From Eubacteriales bacterium (GTDB lineage: Bacteria > Bacillota > Clostridia > Oscillospirales > CAG-272), in NCBI GenBank assembly GCA_045544955.1, contig JAZPZY010000029.1:24412-88411 (forward strand): a stretch of DNA of 64,000 bases, given 5' to 3'. The translations under genes and the position numbers were made by a program. This document shows, piece after piece, positions 26,890 to 35,409 of this stretch. The notes beneath the pieces are model-generated. The model did not search any database. It was not told where the DNA came from and saw only the letters and a program-made list of their open reading frames with translations. The stretch's first letter is position 1, and the number at the start of each line of letters is the position of its first letter.

Positions 26890-27794
26890 AAACAACCAAA
26901 GAAATCACTGAATTGCTGTCCCGGTGCCGGCACGTGGACTCCCACGTGCACACCCATCTTTGCGACGGACAGGCAGATATGACCGTTTTAAGTATCGCCG
27001 CCGCCGCCAAAGAGAAAAGCGTGGACGGCATTATCCTCACCCCTCATTTTCACAAAGCAGTGCATGACGAGACGGCAGCGTGGTATGACGATACGGACGA
27101 AAGCATCTTTCTTTCCCTGCGAGAAGAGATCGACCGCTACGAACGTGATGACGGATCGGTACGGTTTATCCTTTCCACGGAAACGGATATTCTGAATCTT
27201 GACGGGGAACTGTCTCTCCACCCCTCACCCGAAACAGAGCGCGCCCTCGATATGATCGCACCTACGCTGAACTATCATCCCTGCCTTCCGCTTATTTTCG
27301 TGGGTCTGACCACGGGGAAGAGGATTGACGGACTGCACGACAGCGGCATGTATGGGGAGGCCGCCGCAAAGCTGGGCGGCATCGGCGAGGTGTTGTCCCT
27401 TGCCTTTGAAACCGAGATCAATGCGGTAAAGAAATGCCCGTACCCTGCCATGCTGGGACACCTGTTTATGCCCTATTCTTTTCATCCGCGCCGGAACAAC
27501 TGCTTTGGTGCCACGCCGGAGCATCTTTCGGGGATGAAAAAGGAGGTGAGACGTCTGCTCTCCGCGTGCCGGGAAAAGAACGTTATCGTGGATCTCACCG
27601 GCGTTCACGTGGCGGAAGGTCAACGCGCGGAGGAGAAAATAGAAAACAATGGATTCCTTGTGGAATTTCAGAAATTCGCTATCCGTGAATGTGAGAATCT
27701 CGGTGTCACGGCGTATTTCGGAAGCGATGCCCACAGCCTTGCCGGCATTGGAAAGAGTGCCGATTATTACCGGCTGCTGTACGGAAATCCATAA
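26886..27794 (+). CDS. PHP-domain metal-dependent phosphoesterase (second, divergent)
   Basis: ATGA overlap with the upstream gene. DSHVHTHLCDG N-terminal motif, TPHFH, and GSDAHS near the C-terminus. Confidence 0.65.
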   Translation: MKTTKEITELLSRCRHVDSHVHTHLCDGQADMTVLSIAAAAKEKSVDGIILTPHFHKAVHDETAAWYDDTDESIFLSLREEIDRYERDDGSVRFILSTETDILNLDGELSLHPSPETERALDMIAPTLNYHPCLPLIFVGLTTGKRIDGLHDSGMYGEAAAKLGGIGEVLSLAFETEINAVKKCPYPAMLGHLFMPYSFHPRRNNCFGATPEHLSGMKKEVRRLLSACREKNVIVDLTGVHVAEGQRAEEKIENNGFLVEFQKFAIRECENLGVTAYFGSDAHSLAGIGKSADYYRLLYGNP

Positions 27795-27823
27795 AAATTT
27801 TTTATATATGAAAGGATAAAACC

Positions 27824-29287
27824 ATGCGTATTCTCTCAATGTTTCTGGTGCTGATACTGCTCATGAGCTTTGCCGCCTGCACGAAGGCCCCGGACGCTCC
27901 CGCAAAGACCGATCCCGCCGAGACGACGGCGGCCACTGAACCTGCTGAGACGGAAGATCTTACGCTAAAGGACAATCTTCCCGAGGAGACCTTCAACAAC
28001 GAGGCAATCGCCATCTGGTCCGGACACAACCTGTACAATAGCTACTTTAATCCCGATCCGGATAAAGAGGGCGACGTCATGTGCGAAGCCACAAACAAGC
28101 GAAACGCCGCAGTAGAGGAGCGTTTTGATGTGGTTCTTGACTGGAAAGTCGGCGCGGAGGGCGACAAAAATAACGGTGCCCGTCTTACTGCCATGCAGTC
28201 CAGCATTCTTGCCGGTGACCGCATCGACCTTGTAACCCATATTTCCACCTATTTGACACCCCGGATGACTGCCGGATGTTTTGTAAATCTGGCAAACAAC
28301 GAAATCCTTGATCTCGAAAAGCCCTGGTATTTCGACTTTGTCACCGATAACCTCCGTGTCAACGATCGGTTGTACGGCGTTTCCAGCTGGTTCGATTTCA
28401 ACACGATCAACCGTTCCACCGTTCTGTTTTACAATATGGATATGGCAGAAGACTACAACGTGGGCGATCTGTACCAGATGGTGTACGACGGCACCTGGAC
28501 CTACGACAAGCTGATGGAGATCTGTGAATCTGTGGGGTCCGACGTGAACCAGGATGGCAAATACGACGATGAGGACCGGTACGGACTTGCCGGCAAGCAG
28601 GATCGCTGGTTCCAGCAGGCATATACCACCGGATACACCTTTGTTACCACTAATGAGGACGGTACGCTGACCGTTACGGAAATGGACGACCGTCTGATAG
28701 GTGCCTTTGATACCGTGCAGAAGATCTTCAGCGCCAACTGGTATCAGAGCTTCTATACCTACGGGGAAACACGCCGGGATGGCGCTATCATGAAGGAAGG
28801 CTTCAACAATGACCGCATTATGTTCATGATGCTTATGCTGCAGGAGACGGGCAACCAGGTTCTCCGTGACGGCGGTAAGTTCGGCCTGCTTCCCACGCCT
28901 AAATTCACGGACGATATGGAGTACGGCTCCGCAACGCTGCCGGCCATTTCCTGTGTTCCCGTTACCGCAGGAAACGTGCGGACCAATTCCATCGTGCTGG
29001 AAGCTCTGGCAGCCGAATCGTACAAGACCATGCGTCCTGCCTACTTCGACGTGGCACTGTCCTACAAGTACGTAAACGACGCCACCTCCCGGGATATGCT
29101 GGATATCGCCCTGTCTAACCTGTACTGTGATTTCGGTTATATGTTCATGGACTGCGGTTTTGGCCGTGAGATCCCCATGACGCTGACCCGTACAAACAGT
29201 CTGGCTTCCTGGATGGCAGCCCACACGGCAAAGACCAATGCCGGGCTCGCCGCACTGGTGGAGCAGATCATGGCTCTGCCCGAATAA
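27824..29287 (+). CDS. Lipoprotein, ABC-type extracellular solute-binding-protein-like (orphan, copy 1)
   Basis: Lipobox SFAAC. Pro/Ala/Glu/Thr linker. 487 aa. Resembles the large sugar-SBP class of Firmicutes (recalled). Same length as, and highly similar to, 45491-46954. No permease or ATPase genes are adjacent. Confidence 0.7.
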   Translation: MRILSMFLVLILLMSFAACTKAPDAPAKTDPAETTAATEPAETEDLTLKDNLPEETFNNEAIAIWSGHNLYNSYFNPDPDKEGDVMCEATNKRNAAVEERFDVVLDWKVGAEGDKNNGARLTAMQSSILAGDRIDLVTHISTYLTPRMTAGCFVNLANNEILDLEKPWYFDFVTDNLRVNDRLYGVSSWFDFNTINRSTVLFYNMDMAEDYNVGDLYQMVYDGTWTYDKLMEICESVGSDVNQDGKYDDEDRYGLAGKQDRWFQQAYTTGYTFVTTNEDGTLTVTEMDDRLIGAFDTVQKIFSANWYQSFYTYGETRRDGAIMKEGFNNDRIMFMMLMLQETGNQVLRDGGKFGLLPTPKFTDDMEYGSATLPAISCVPVTAGNVRTNSIVLEALAAESYKTMRPAYFDVALSYKYVNDATSRDMLDIALSNLYCDFGYMFMDCGFGREIPMTLTRTNSLASWMAAHTAKTNAGLAALVEQIMALPE

Positions 29288-29343
29288 GCGAGGATAGACT
29301 AGATATCAAGACACATGCGGATGTGTGTGTGTTCATGAAAAAC

Positions 29344-29384
29344 AAAAAAACGCACCCGGAATCATTCGATTTCGGGTGCGTTTT
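29344..29384. terminator. Bidirectional terminator between SBP copy 1 and the C-N hydrolase operon (repeat sub-element E1)
   Basis: A7, then CGCACCCGGAAT-CATTCG-ATTTCGGGTGCG, then TTTT. The same CACCCGAAATC...GATTTCGGGTG hairpin recurs at 36309-36338 and 53054-53079. Confidence 0.75.
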
Positions 29385-29390
29385 GGCTTT

Positions 29391-29435
29391 TGGCGAGGGG
29401 ATTTGAACCTCCATGATCTCCTGATTATGAGGGGG
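29391..29435 (-). repeat. tRNA-Met(CAU)-like 3' half (pseudo-tRNA fragment), copy R1
   Basis: Minus strand reads CCCCCTCATAATCAGGAGATCATGGAGGTTCAAATCCCCTCGCCA: CTCATAA anticodon-loop-like, GGTTCAAATCC T-loop-like, acceptor-like 3' end. No complementary 5' half exists upstream. Confidence 0.65.
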
Positions 29436-29511
29436 ACCTGGTGGAAATAGATGAAGTTGGTGATTGTAAACGTGCCTGTTTGGCGGCTTTTTTAATCCGA
29501 GGGGATCCTTC

Positions 29512-30384
29512 TCACATGATCTTATCAAAGTTTTCGAAGATCTCCTCCCACTCTTTCGGGGCTGTGCCCTCAGAGGCAAGGGAGACGTAGGAATTGTAAT
29601 TGCGGCACTTGTGCATATACTCCCGCAGATCCTCACTGCATGTGGGGGTATCCGAGGTGTTGGTGCGGACCACTTTACCCATTTCGATCTCCACCACACG
29701 GAAGGCGTTGACAGTATCCAGTTTTGTGACCACGTTTCCCTCGGGATCGACCATGCCCGTGTAGGCGATATCCCAGAAGGGGGAAAGCTGACAGGATGCC
29801 ATATACATAGAGTGATCAATGGCACGGGTACGCAGCTTCATTTCCCACTGGGGCTTCAGCGTATCGCCGTACAGGGGATAGAGAACCAGCTGTGCTCCCT
29901 TATTGCCGAGAGAGGCCGCCGCCTCCGGGAAATAGTTGTCAAAGCAGATGATGATGCCCACCCGTCCGAAATCCAACTGGAACACAGGGTATTCCGTGCC
30001 GGGAACCAGCCCCTTTTTCTGTTCCGAGGCGGTGATATTGCACTTGCAGTAGCGTCCGACGAAATTTCCGTCTCTATCGAGGATATAGGAAGAATTGCGG
30101 ATCTTGCCGTTCTCTCCCACGTAATAATCCCACGGGACCACGTAGGCGTGGTATTTCCGTGCCAGCTCCGCACAGCGAAGATGCCATGCGTCGGCGATTT
30201 CTTTCAGTCTGTCGGGTTGCCGAAGAACGTCTCTGTTTCGTACGTACTGGAATGCCTCGGGGAAGAATACCAGATCCGCGCCCTCCTTCAGGCAGTTTTC
30301 GCCAAGTGTCATCAAAACGTCCTGCCGAGCCCCGATGTCAAAGACCATTTCGTTGTCAACCTGTATAAGTCCTATCTTTGCCAT
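29512..30384 (-). CDS. Carbon-nitrogen hydrolase (nitrilase/amidase superfamily)
   Basis: 290 aa. Catalytic-triad contexts FFPEAF (Glu) and VGIIICFDNYFPE (Cys). AAGGAG RBS. 10 bp downstream of the DUF2264-like gene. Confidence 0.8.
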   Translation of the reverse strand: MAKIGLIQVDNEMVFDIGARQDVLMTLGENCLKEGADLVFFPEAFQYVRNRDVLRQPDRLKEIADAWHLRCAELARKYHAYVVPWDYYVGENGKIRNSSYILDRDGNFVGRYCKCNITASEQKKGLVPGTEYPVFQLDFGRVGIIICFDNYFPEAAASLGNKGAQLVLYPLYGDTLKPQWEMKLRTRAIDHSMYMASCQLSPFWDIAYTGMVDPEGNVVTKLDTVNAFRVVEIEMGKVVRTNTSDTPTCSEDLREYMHKCRNYNSYVSLASEGTAPKEWEEIFENFDKIM

Positions 30385-30394
30385 AACGCTCTCC

Positions 30395-32278
30395 TTATTC
30401 CAGTGTTACTGTTTTGGTGATGCCGTCGAAGGTGACGGTGACGGTGTTTTCTTCCATGCGGATCTCCGGCTTTTCTTCGGGCTTTTCCCCGGTGGAGAAA
30501 AATACGGTGGTAACGAACCGGTATTCACCGGCCTCCAGCATCTCCCCGGTTGTCCACGTGGGGTAATAGGCAAGGGGCGAGAGATTGTGCATACCGGGAT
30601 GGATCGTGCGCGTGCCGAGCACCGTAGGAACGTCCGACACTACGCTGATCTCGCTGAGTGTATTCCCGTAGGTGATTCTGGCACCGTCAAACTGTACGCT
30701 GTCGTCCGTTACGCCTACGCAGAATCCGCCCTCGCTGACCCGGTACTTCTGTCCGAGGACTACCTTGTGAATGCGGACGTGATATCCCTTTGACAGGGGC
30801 AGCACCCAGGTGGTTATTTTGCTCTCTGCATCGTTAGCAAAGGGATAGTGGCAGGATACCTGCATATCGGGTGTAGTGCTGATCGTGTAGATCCTTGTAC
30901 GCAAAGACTCCATGGAGGCATCCTTCGTGGAGAGGGAGATCATATTATCAAGAGCCGCCTTATCCCGGGAGGAAATGGAGAATCCGGCGCGGGAGTTGTA
31001 GCAGAATTTTCCGTAATATCCCGCCATATCGTTGAAGGCACTGTTGGTCGTCTGGAAATAGTGGATGGCGTTGTTGAACAGCGTCACACCACCGAAATCC
31101 TTTTCCGCTTTTATGAGAATATCCAGCCCGTCCGTCTCACATTCCACGGCGTAGTCGCCCCGGTCGATCAGAAGCGGTGCCGCCTTGCTCTGCCAAAGGG
31201 GATGATCCTCACCTGCCAGCAGGCACATAAATCCCTCTGTATAGCAGGTGGTGGCACCGTCGGAGGAGTAGTTCTCGCCGAAGCGGGGGGAGGCGTACAG
31301 ATAGCCGCAGGGGAAGCATCCGTCCTCGGTGGGGATGCTCTTTGTGAAATAGTAGTCGATGTTTTTAAGGATGATGCTCTTGGCAAGTCCCATATCGATC
31401 TTACAGCCGGCTGTCGCCGCCAGACCGAATGCGGATACCATGGCAAAGCGGTAGCTGAGCGAGCGTCCGTAGGCGGGCACGCCGCCGTCCGTGTCGAAAT
31501 AGTGAGCGAAAAACGTAAGAAACTCCTCGCTTCGCTTCAGGTATTTCTCCCGTTTTTCGGCGTATCCCGGTGCCGTCTTATCGGCTACCAGCGTCCACAG
31601 CAGGGTGTAGGCATGGTGTGCCCACGCTTCGTAATAGTCAAAGCGGCCGAAGTCCTTGCCGTCGCAGTACCAGCCGTGTCCTACGTACAGTTCCTCCAGG
31701 GCGGCGTATCCTTCCTTCATATACGGCTCGGCCGTGGGATCGCAGTATCCCAGTTCCTTCAGGATCTCTATGCTGAAAATGGGATACCACCAGTGATTGT
31801 TGGGCCAGGAATTTTTCAGTGCGATCATGGCCTGGTTGTGGATCCATCGGGCGATCTGCTCCTTTGTGTCTGCATCCAGCGGCTCCCACAGGGATTCTTT
31901 GGCGAAATGCACCGCCACCAGATAGGCGGCGATCTCGGTGATGCACTGATTGGCAAAGCCGATCTCTGCCGTTTGGGGGATATGCCGGTCGAACCGCCGG
32001 GGCGAATCGGCGGCAGTGCCCTCACAGATGACCTTCGTGATAAACCGGCATACGTGTACCGTCTCACCGCCCACGGGAATCACAAAATCCGGATCGGAAA
32101 GAAAAGGCGCGATGCCCCACAGTGGGCGGAACAGCTCCTCCAGCCGGGTGCATTCGTAGCCTACGTGATCCACCAGAAGCGGAACGTACGCCGATTCGTA
32201 CCGGGCGGCGGTACGCGTCATCAGTTTTATGTAGTAGTTTTTGGAAAGCTCGTACAGCTCTTTTCTTGAAGTAAGCAT
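30395..32278 (-). CDS. DUF2264-like protein (putative alpha/alpha-barrel glycan-active enzyme)
   Basis: 627 aa, cytoplasmic. N-terminal region (LFRPLWGIAPF..., WPNNHWWYP) recalls DUF2264 family members. The assignment is from memory, not a search. Confidence 0.5.
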   Translation of the reverse strand: MLTSRKELYELSKNYYIKLMTRTAARYESAYVPLLVDHVGYECTRLEELFRPLWGIAPFLSDPDFVIPVGGETVHVCRFITKVICEGTAADSPRRFDRHIPQTAEIGFANQCITEIAAYLVAVHFAKESLWEPLDADTKEQIARWIHNQAMIALKNSWPNNHWWYPIFSIEILKELGYCDPTAEPYMKEGYAALEELYVGHGWYCDGKDFGRFDYYEAWAHHAYTLLWTLVADKTAPGYAEKREKYLKRSEEFLTFFAHYFDTDGGVPAYGRSLSYRFAMVSAFGLAATAGCKIDMGLAKSIILKNIDYYFTKSIPTEDGCFPCGYLYASPRFGENYSSDGATTCYTEGFMCLLAGEDHPLWQSKAAPLLIDRGDYAVECETDGLDILIKAEKDFGGVTLFNNAIHYFQTTNSAFNDMAGYYGKFCYNSRAGFSISSRDKAALDNMISLSTKDASMESLRTRIYTISTTPDMQVSCHYPFANDAESKITTWVLPLSKGYHVRIHKVVLGQKYRVSEGGFCVGVTDDSVQFDGARITYGNTLSEISVVSDVPTVLGTRTIHPGMHNLSPLAYYPTWTTGEMLEAGEYRFVTTVFFSTGEKPEEKPEIRMEENTVTVTFDGITKTVTLE

Positions 32279-32300
32279 AAAATCCTCCTTTTATCGCTTC

Positions 32301-33308
32301 TTACCGCTTCGGCGGATAGCAGACGATGACCTCGCCGCACGTTACGGATACGGTGCCGCAGCCGTACGGCACGAACCATTTTTCTCCCCGTTTAACGGAG
32401 AGGCGTTGTTCCCCGATAAGAAGCTCGCCGTCCTCCGTTACCACCAGGCTTACAAAGCTGTCCGGTACAACAGAACCGCCGGTTTGCAGTTTTGCGAGTG
32501 CAAAGCAGGGCGTGTCTTTATAACTAACGAGGGAAGTGCAGAAGCCGTTCTGCTGTTTTGGCTCAATGAAATACGCTTTCCGTGCCGTGTCCTCGCTTAC
32601 ACCCTCATAAATATAGCAGTCCAGCATGGCGTCCTCGCCCACACCGTAGTGGATCTGCATGGGCGTCAGTGCCTCCCCGGCCAGGGTGATCTTTTCCATA
32701 CGCATGGTGTAGTCGGTGGGCTCCTGAATCTCCAAAAGGAAGCAGCCGGCACCGATGGCGTGGGGCGTTCCCGCCCGGACGAGCACGGTGTCTCCCGGCT
32801 TTACGGGAAAGCGGTGCAGGGCAGACAGCATACCCTCTACGTCCTGCGTTTCAAAGAGTGCCTTCCATTTCTCCCTTGTGATGCCCTCTTTGAAGCCAAT
32901 GTAAATGGATGCACCGTCCTCTACGGCAAGAATATGCCAGCACTCCGTCTTGCCGTAATTCGTGCCGAAATGCTTTCTTGAAAAATCGGGCGTGGGATGT
33001 ACCTGTATGCCGAGACGCTCCGCCGCGTTCAGATATTTCACCAAAACACCGCTGTCCTCTCTGCCGGGGCCCAGATCGTCAGGCGTTATCACCTCGGTGA
33101 TGGGCAGAGCTTCCCCATCCACCATTACCCGGGAGATACCCTCTCCCGGTCGGTAGACCCGGTTTTTCGCCTCCACGAAGGAGGAGATCCAGTCCTCCGG
33201 CAAAAAGGAGTCGGCAGGATTCGGATTGCCCACGAACTGATCCAGCAGGCGTCCGCCTCGATAGGTGCGGTATACCCGGTTTTCCGTTTGCAAAAGCGGT
33301 TTTTTCAT
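32301..33308 (-). CDS. manA: Class I mannose-6-phosphate isomerase
   Basis: 335 aa. Cupin metal-site contexts LGIQVHPT, KTECWHIL and GTPHAIG typical of type I PMI. Confidence 0.75.
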   Translation of the reverse strand: MKKPLLQTENRVYRTYRGGRLLDQFVGNPNPADSFLPEDWISSFVEAKNRVYRPGEGISRVMVDGEALPITEVITPDDLGPGREDSGVLVKYLNAAERLGIQVHPTPDFSRKHFGTNYGKTECWHILAVEDGASIYIGFKEGITREKWKALFETQDVEGMLSALHRFPVKPGDTVLVRAGTPHAIGAGCFLLEIQEPTDYTMRMEKITLAGEALTPMQIHYGVGEDAMLDCYIYEGVSEDTARKAYFIEPKQQNGFCTSLVSYKDTPCFALAKLQTGGSVVPDSFVSLVVTEDGELLIGEQRLSVKRGEKWFVPYGCGTVSVTCGEVIVCYPPKR

Positions 33309-33310
33309 GT

Positions 33311-35278
33311 TTATTTCTCTCTTTTCAGAATAATTACGTCATTGGCAGGCACGGTGACTGTCTCGGCAAAGCCGTATCCTTCCACCTTTGAGCAAACGTC
33401 GGTTTCGGTGTAGTTGAATACGAAGGCAAAAACGGCGTCCTCGTTTTCGGAAACACGTACGTGAAGCGGAGCGTCGACGGTAATATCCCGCAGACAGAAC
33501 CGATCCGCCAGCGAAGCGGCAAACGGCGTGCCCGTGCCGGCACCCTTGTTTTCTCCGTACCATACGTAGGTTGCCGCCGTGATGACGACGCCGTCACCCA
33601 GACGCTTTTCGATCACGGCAGGATAGCCGTCGGCAAAGGTGCCCACAGCCTCCCCGTCCGTCACGTGAAGAAGATCCCGTCCGTAATAGCCGGCGTATGC
33701 TTTTTCGCCGCAGACGAAATCCAGCCCCTCGTAATCGCAGTCCACGTATTCGCATCCCATGGCCGCATTGAAATCTCCGCCTGGCATGGCAGAGTGCATC
33801 ATGGAGAACTCGTCCGTGATACCGATCTTGCCGTCGCAGACGATCACGCCGCCCTCTTTTACGAATTCGGTAAGGGCACGGGCGGTGGCGGCACTTATCA
33901 CCACGGTGTTGGAGAGGATCAGCATTTTATACTCCTTGATGCGGTCGATCTTTACGATATCGCATCGCACGCCGGCACGCCACATGGCCTCGTACGCACC
34001 GCACAAAGAGGAGAGATAGATGTTCTGATCTACGTCCTCGTAGCATTTCGTGTAGCATATCTGGAAATCGTGGCTGGTTTCGTCAAACAGGATGCCCACC
34101 TTCGCCCGGACCGGCGTCAGCGTGCCCGTCTCCCGGAGTACTTCTGCAAATTCCTTGGCAAACACAAGCCGGGGCGTGCTCCGGTTTTTGTAGTCCACAA
34201 GTCCCCGACCCGCCGTTTGCAGTCCCTTGTCAAAGGGACGCCATTTCCAGTATATCAGACCCTTGGCACCCGCCGCCAGTGCCTCCGTGCACCACTGCTT
34301 CAATTCGTAGGGACGGACGCAGGTGGTGGGATTGAACAGTGCCTTTACGTGGGTCTGCATCTCAGAGACGAAAAATCCGTCTCCCGCCGAGGCGGCGTAG
34401 AACGCGTCAAAGGTGTTCCAACGGGTGTGAGGCGCGGAGCAGTACGTCTCCTGCTTCGGGTAAAAGGAAACGCCGATCTCGTCTGTGGTATCCTTCAGTA
34501 CATAATCGTCCTGGGGACGCTCATACACCCAACTGCCGTTTGTGATCATGGAGCCGATGTTGTCGGCGATCAGCGGATGTGCCGTATCCACTTCCCGGAT
34601 CGCGTCGCACCAGTTTTTCAGGTAGATCCCCAAAGCCTTCTTGCGGAAGGAGGCAAGATCCGCCGCCGGCATAACGCTCATCCACATCCAGGGGGCGTAG
34701 GATACCTGGGAAAACTCGGTATAGGTACGCTCCCATACGTCGTTCAGTCTTTCAATCGTGCCGTATTTCTGACGAAGAAAGGTGCGGAACGCCTCCATGG
34801 TGTACGCATCGTAAGAGAAGAACATGGTCTCGTTGAATACGTCGTACCCCGCAAGGGAGGCATATCCCCGATAGGCCAGCGCCGCTTTTTTGTAGTGGGC
34901 GCAGATCAGCTCGTTTACCTCGGGATGAAAGTAGTTCAGATACCCAAAGCTTGCGGGCGTGAGCTTTTTGTGGCCGTTCTCATCCACGGCGTAGTATTCG
35001 TCCTTCATCTGAAAATCGGGAATGTATTCCATCATAGGAAGCTGGCCTGCCAGCTCCATGATCACGCCGATCCCTACCTTTTCAGCGATCTCCAGTACGG
35101 TTTTTCCGGTGTTGAAAGGGTATCCCTCCTTCTTTTCTTCCCACCAGAAGGCGGCAGGCCATATCACCACTGTATCCATCCCTGCCTCTTTCATCTGGCA
35201 AAAATTCTGCTCGATCACCTCGGGCGTGTCCTCCCGGGTCAGCTTCAGAACCGAGCCGTATGCAAATTTCCGTTTCAT
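33311..35278 (-). CDS. GH42-like beta-galactosidase
   Basis: Start moved to MKRKFAYG (GGGGAGA RBS at 7 nt). N-terminal TIM barrel followed by a trimerisation-like middle domain, an architecture typical of GH42. No signal peptide. Confidence 0.65.
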   Translation of the reverse strand: MKRKFAYGSVLKLTREDTPEVIEQNFCQMKEAGMDTVVIWPAAFWWEEKKEGYPFNTGKTVLEIAEKVGIGVIMELAGQLPMMEYIPDFQMKDEYYAVDENGHKKLTPASFGYLNYFHPEVNELICAHYKKAALAYRGYASLAGYDVFNETMFFSYDAYTMEAFRTFLRQKYGTIERLNDVWERTYTEFSQVSYAPWMWMSVMPAADLASFRKKALGIYLKNWCDAIREVDTAHPLIADNIGSMITNGSWVYERPQDDYVLKDTTDEIGVSFYPKQETYCSAPHTRWNTFDAFYAASAGDGFFVSEMQTHVKALFNPTTCVRPYELKQWCTEALAAGAKGLIYWKWRPFDKGLQTAGRGLVDYKNRSTPRLVFAKEFAEVLRETGTLTPVRAKVGILFDETSHDFQICYTKCYEDVDQNIYLSSLCGAYEAMWRAGVRCDIVKIDRIKEYKMLILSNTVVISAATARALTEFVKEGGVIVCDGKIGITDEFSMMHSAMPGGDFNAAMGCEYVDCDYEGLDFVCGEKAYAGYYGRDLLHVTDGEAVGTFADGYPAVIEKRLGDGVVITAATYVWYGENKGAGTGTPFAASLADRFCLRDITVDAPLHVRVSENEDAVFAFVFNYTETDVCSKVEGYGFAETVTVPANDVIILKREK

Positions 35279-35409
35279 TCCGATTTCTCCCCTCGCATTT
35301 TTCTTCATTATAACACTTTTTTGTGTGCATTTCTTGCTGTTCGTTGCAAAATATATTGCATTTTTTGCGATTTTCTGTTACCATATAAAAAACGGGCAGG
35401 AGGAGAACG

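Noticed and set aside
29391-29435. Possibility that the GGTTCAAATCC-containing elements are functional tRNA genes.
   Set aside because: No complementary acceptor 5' strand, D-arm or anticodon 5' stem is present upstream in any copy. T-stems contain mismatches or bulges, and one copy is split by 117 bp. I treat them as tRNA-derived fragments.
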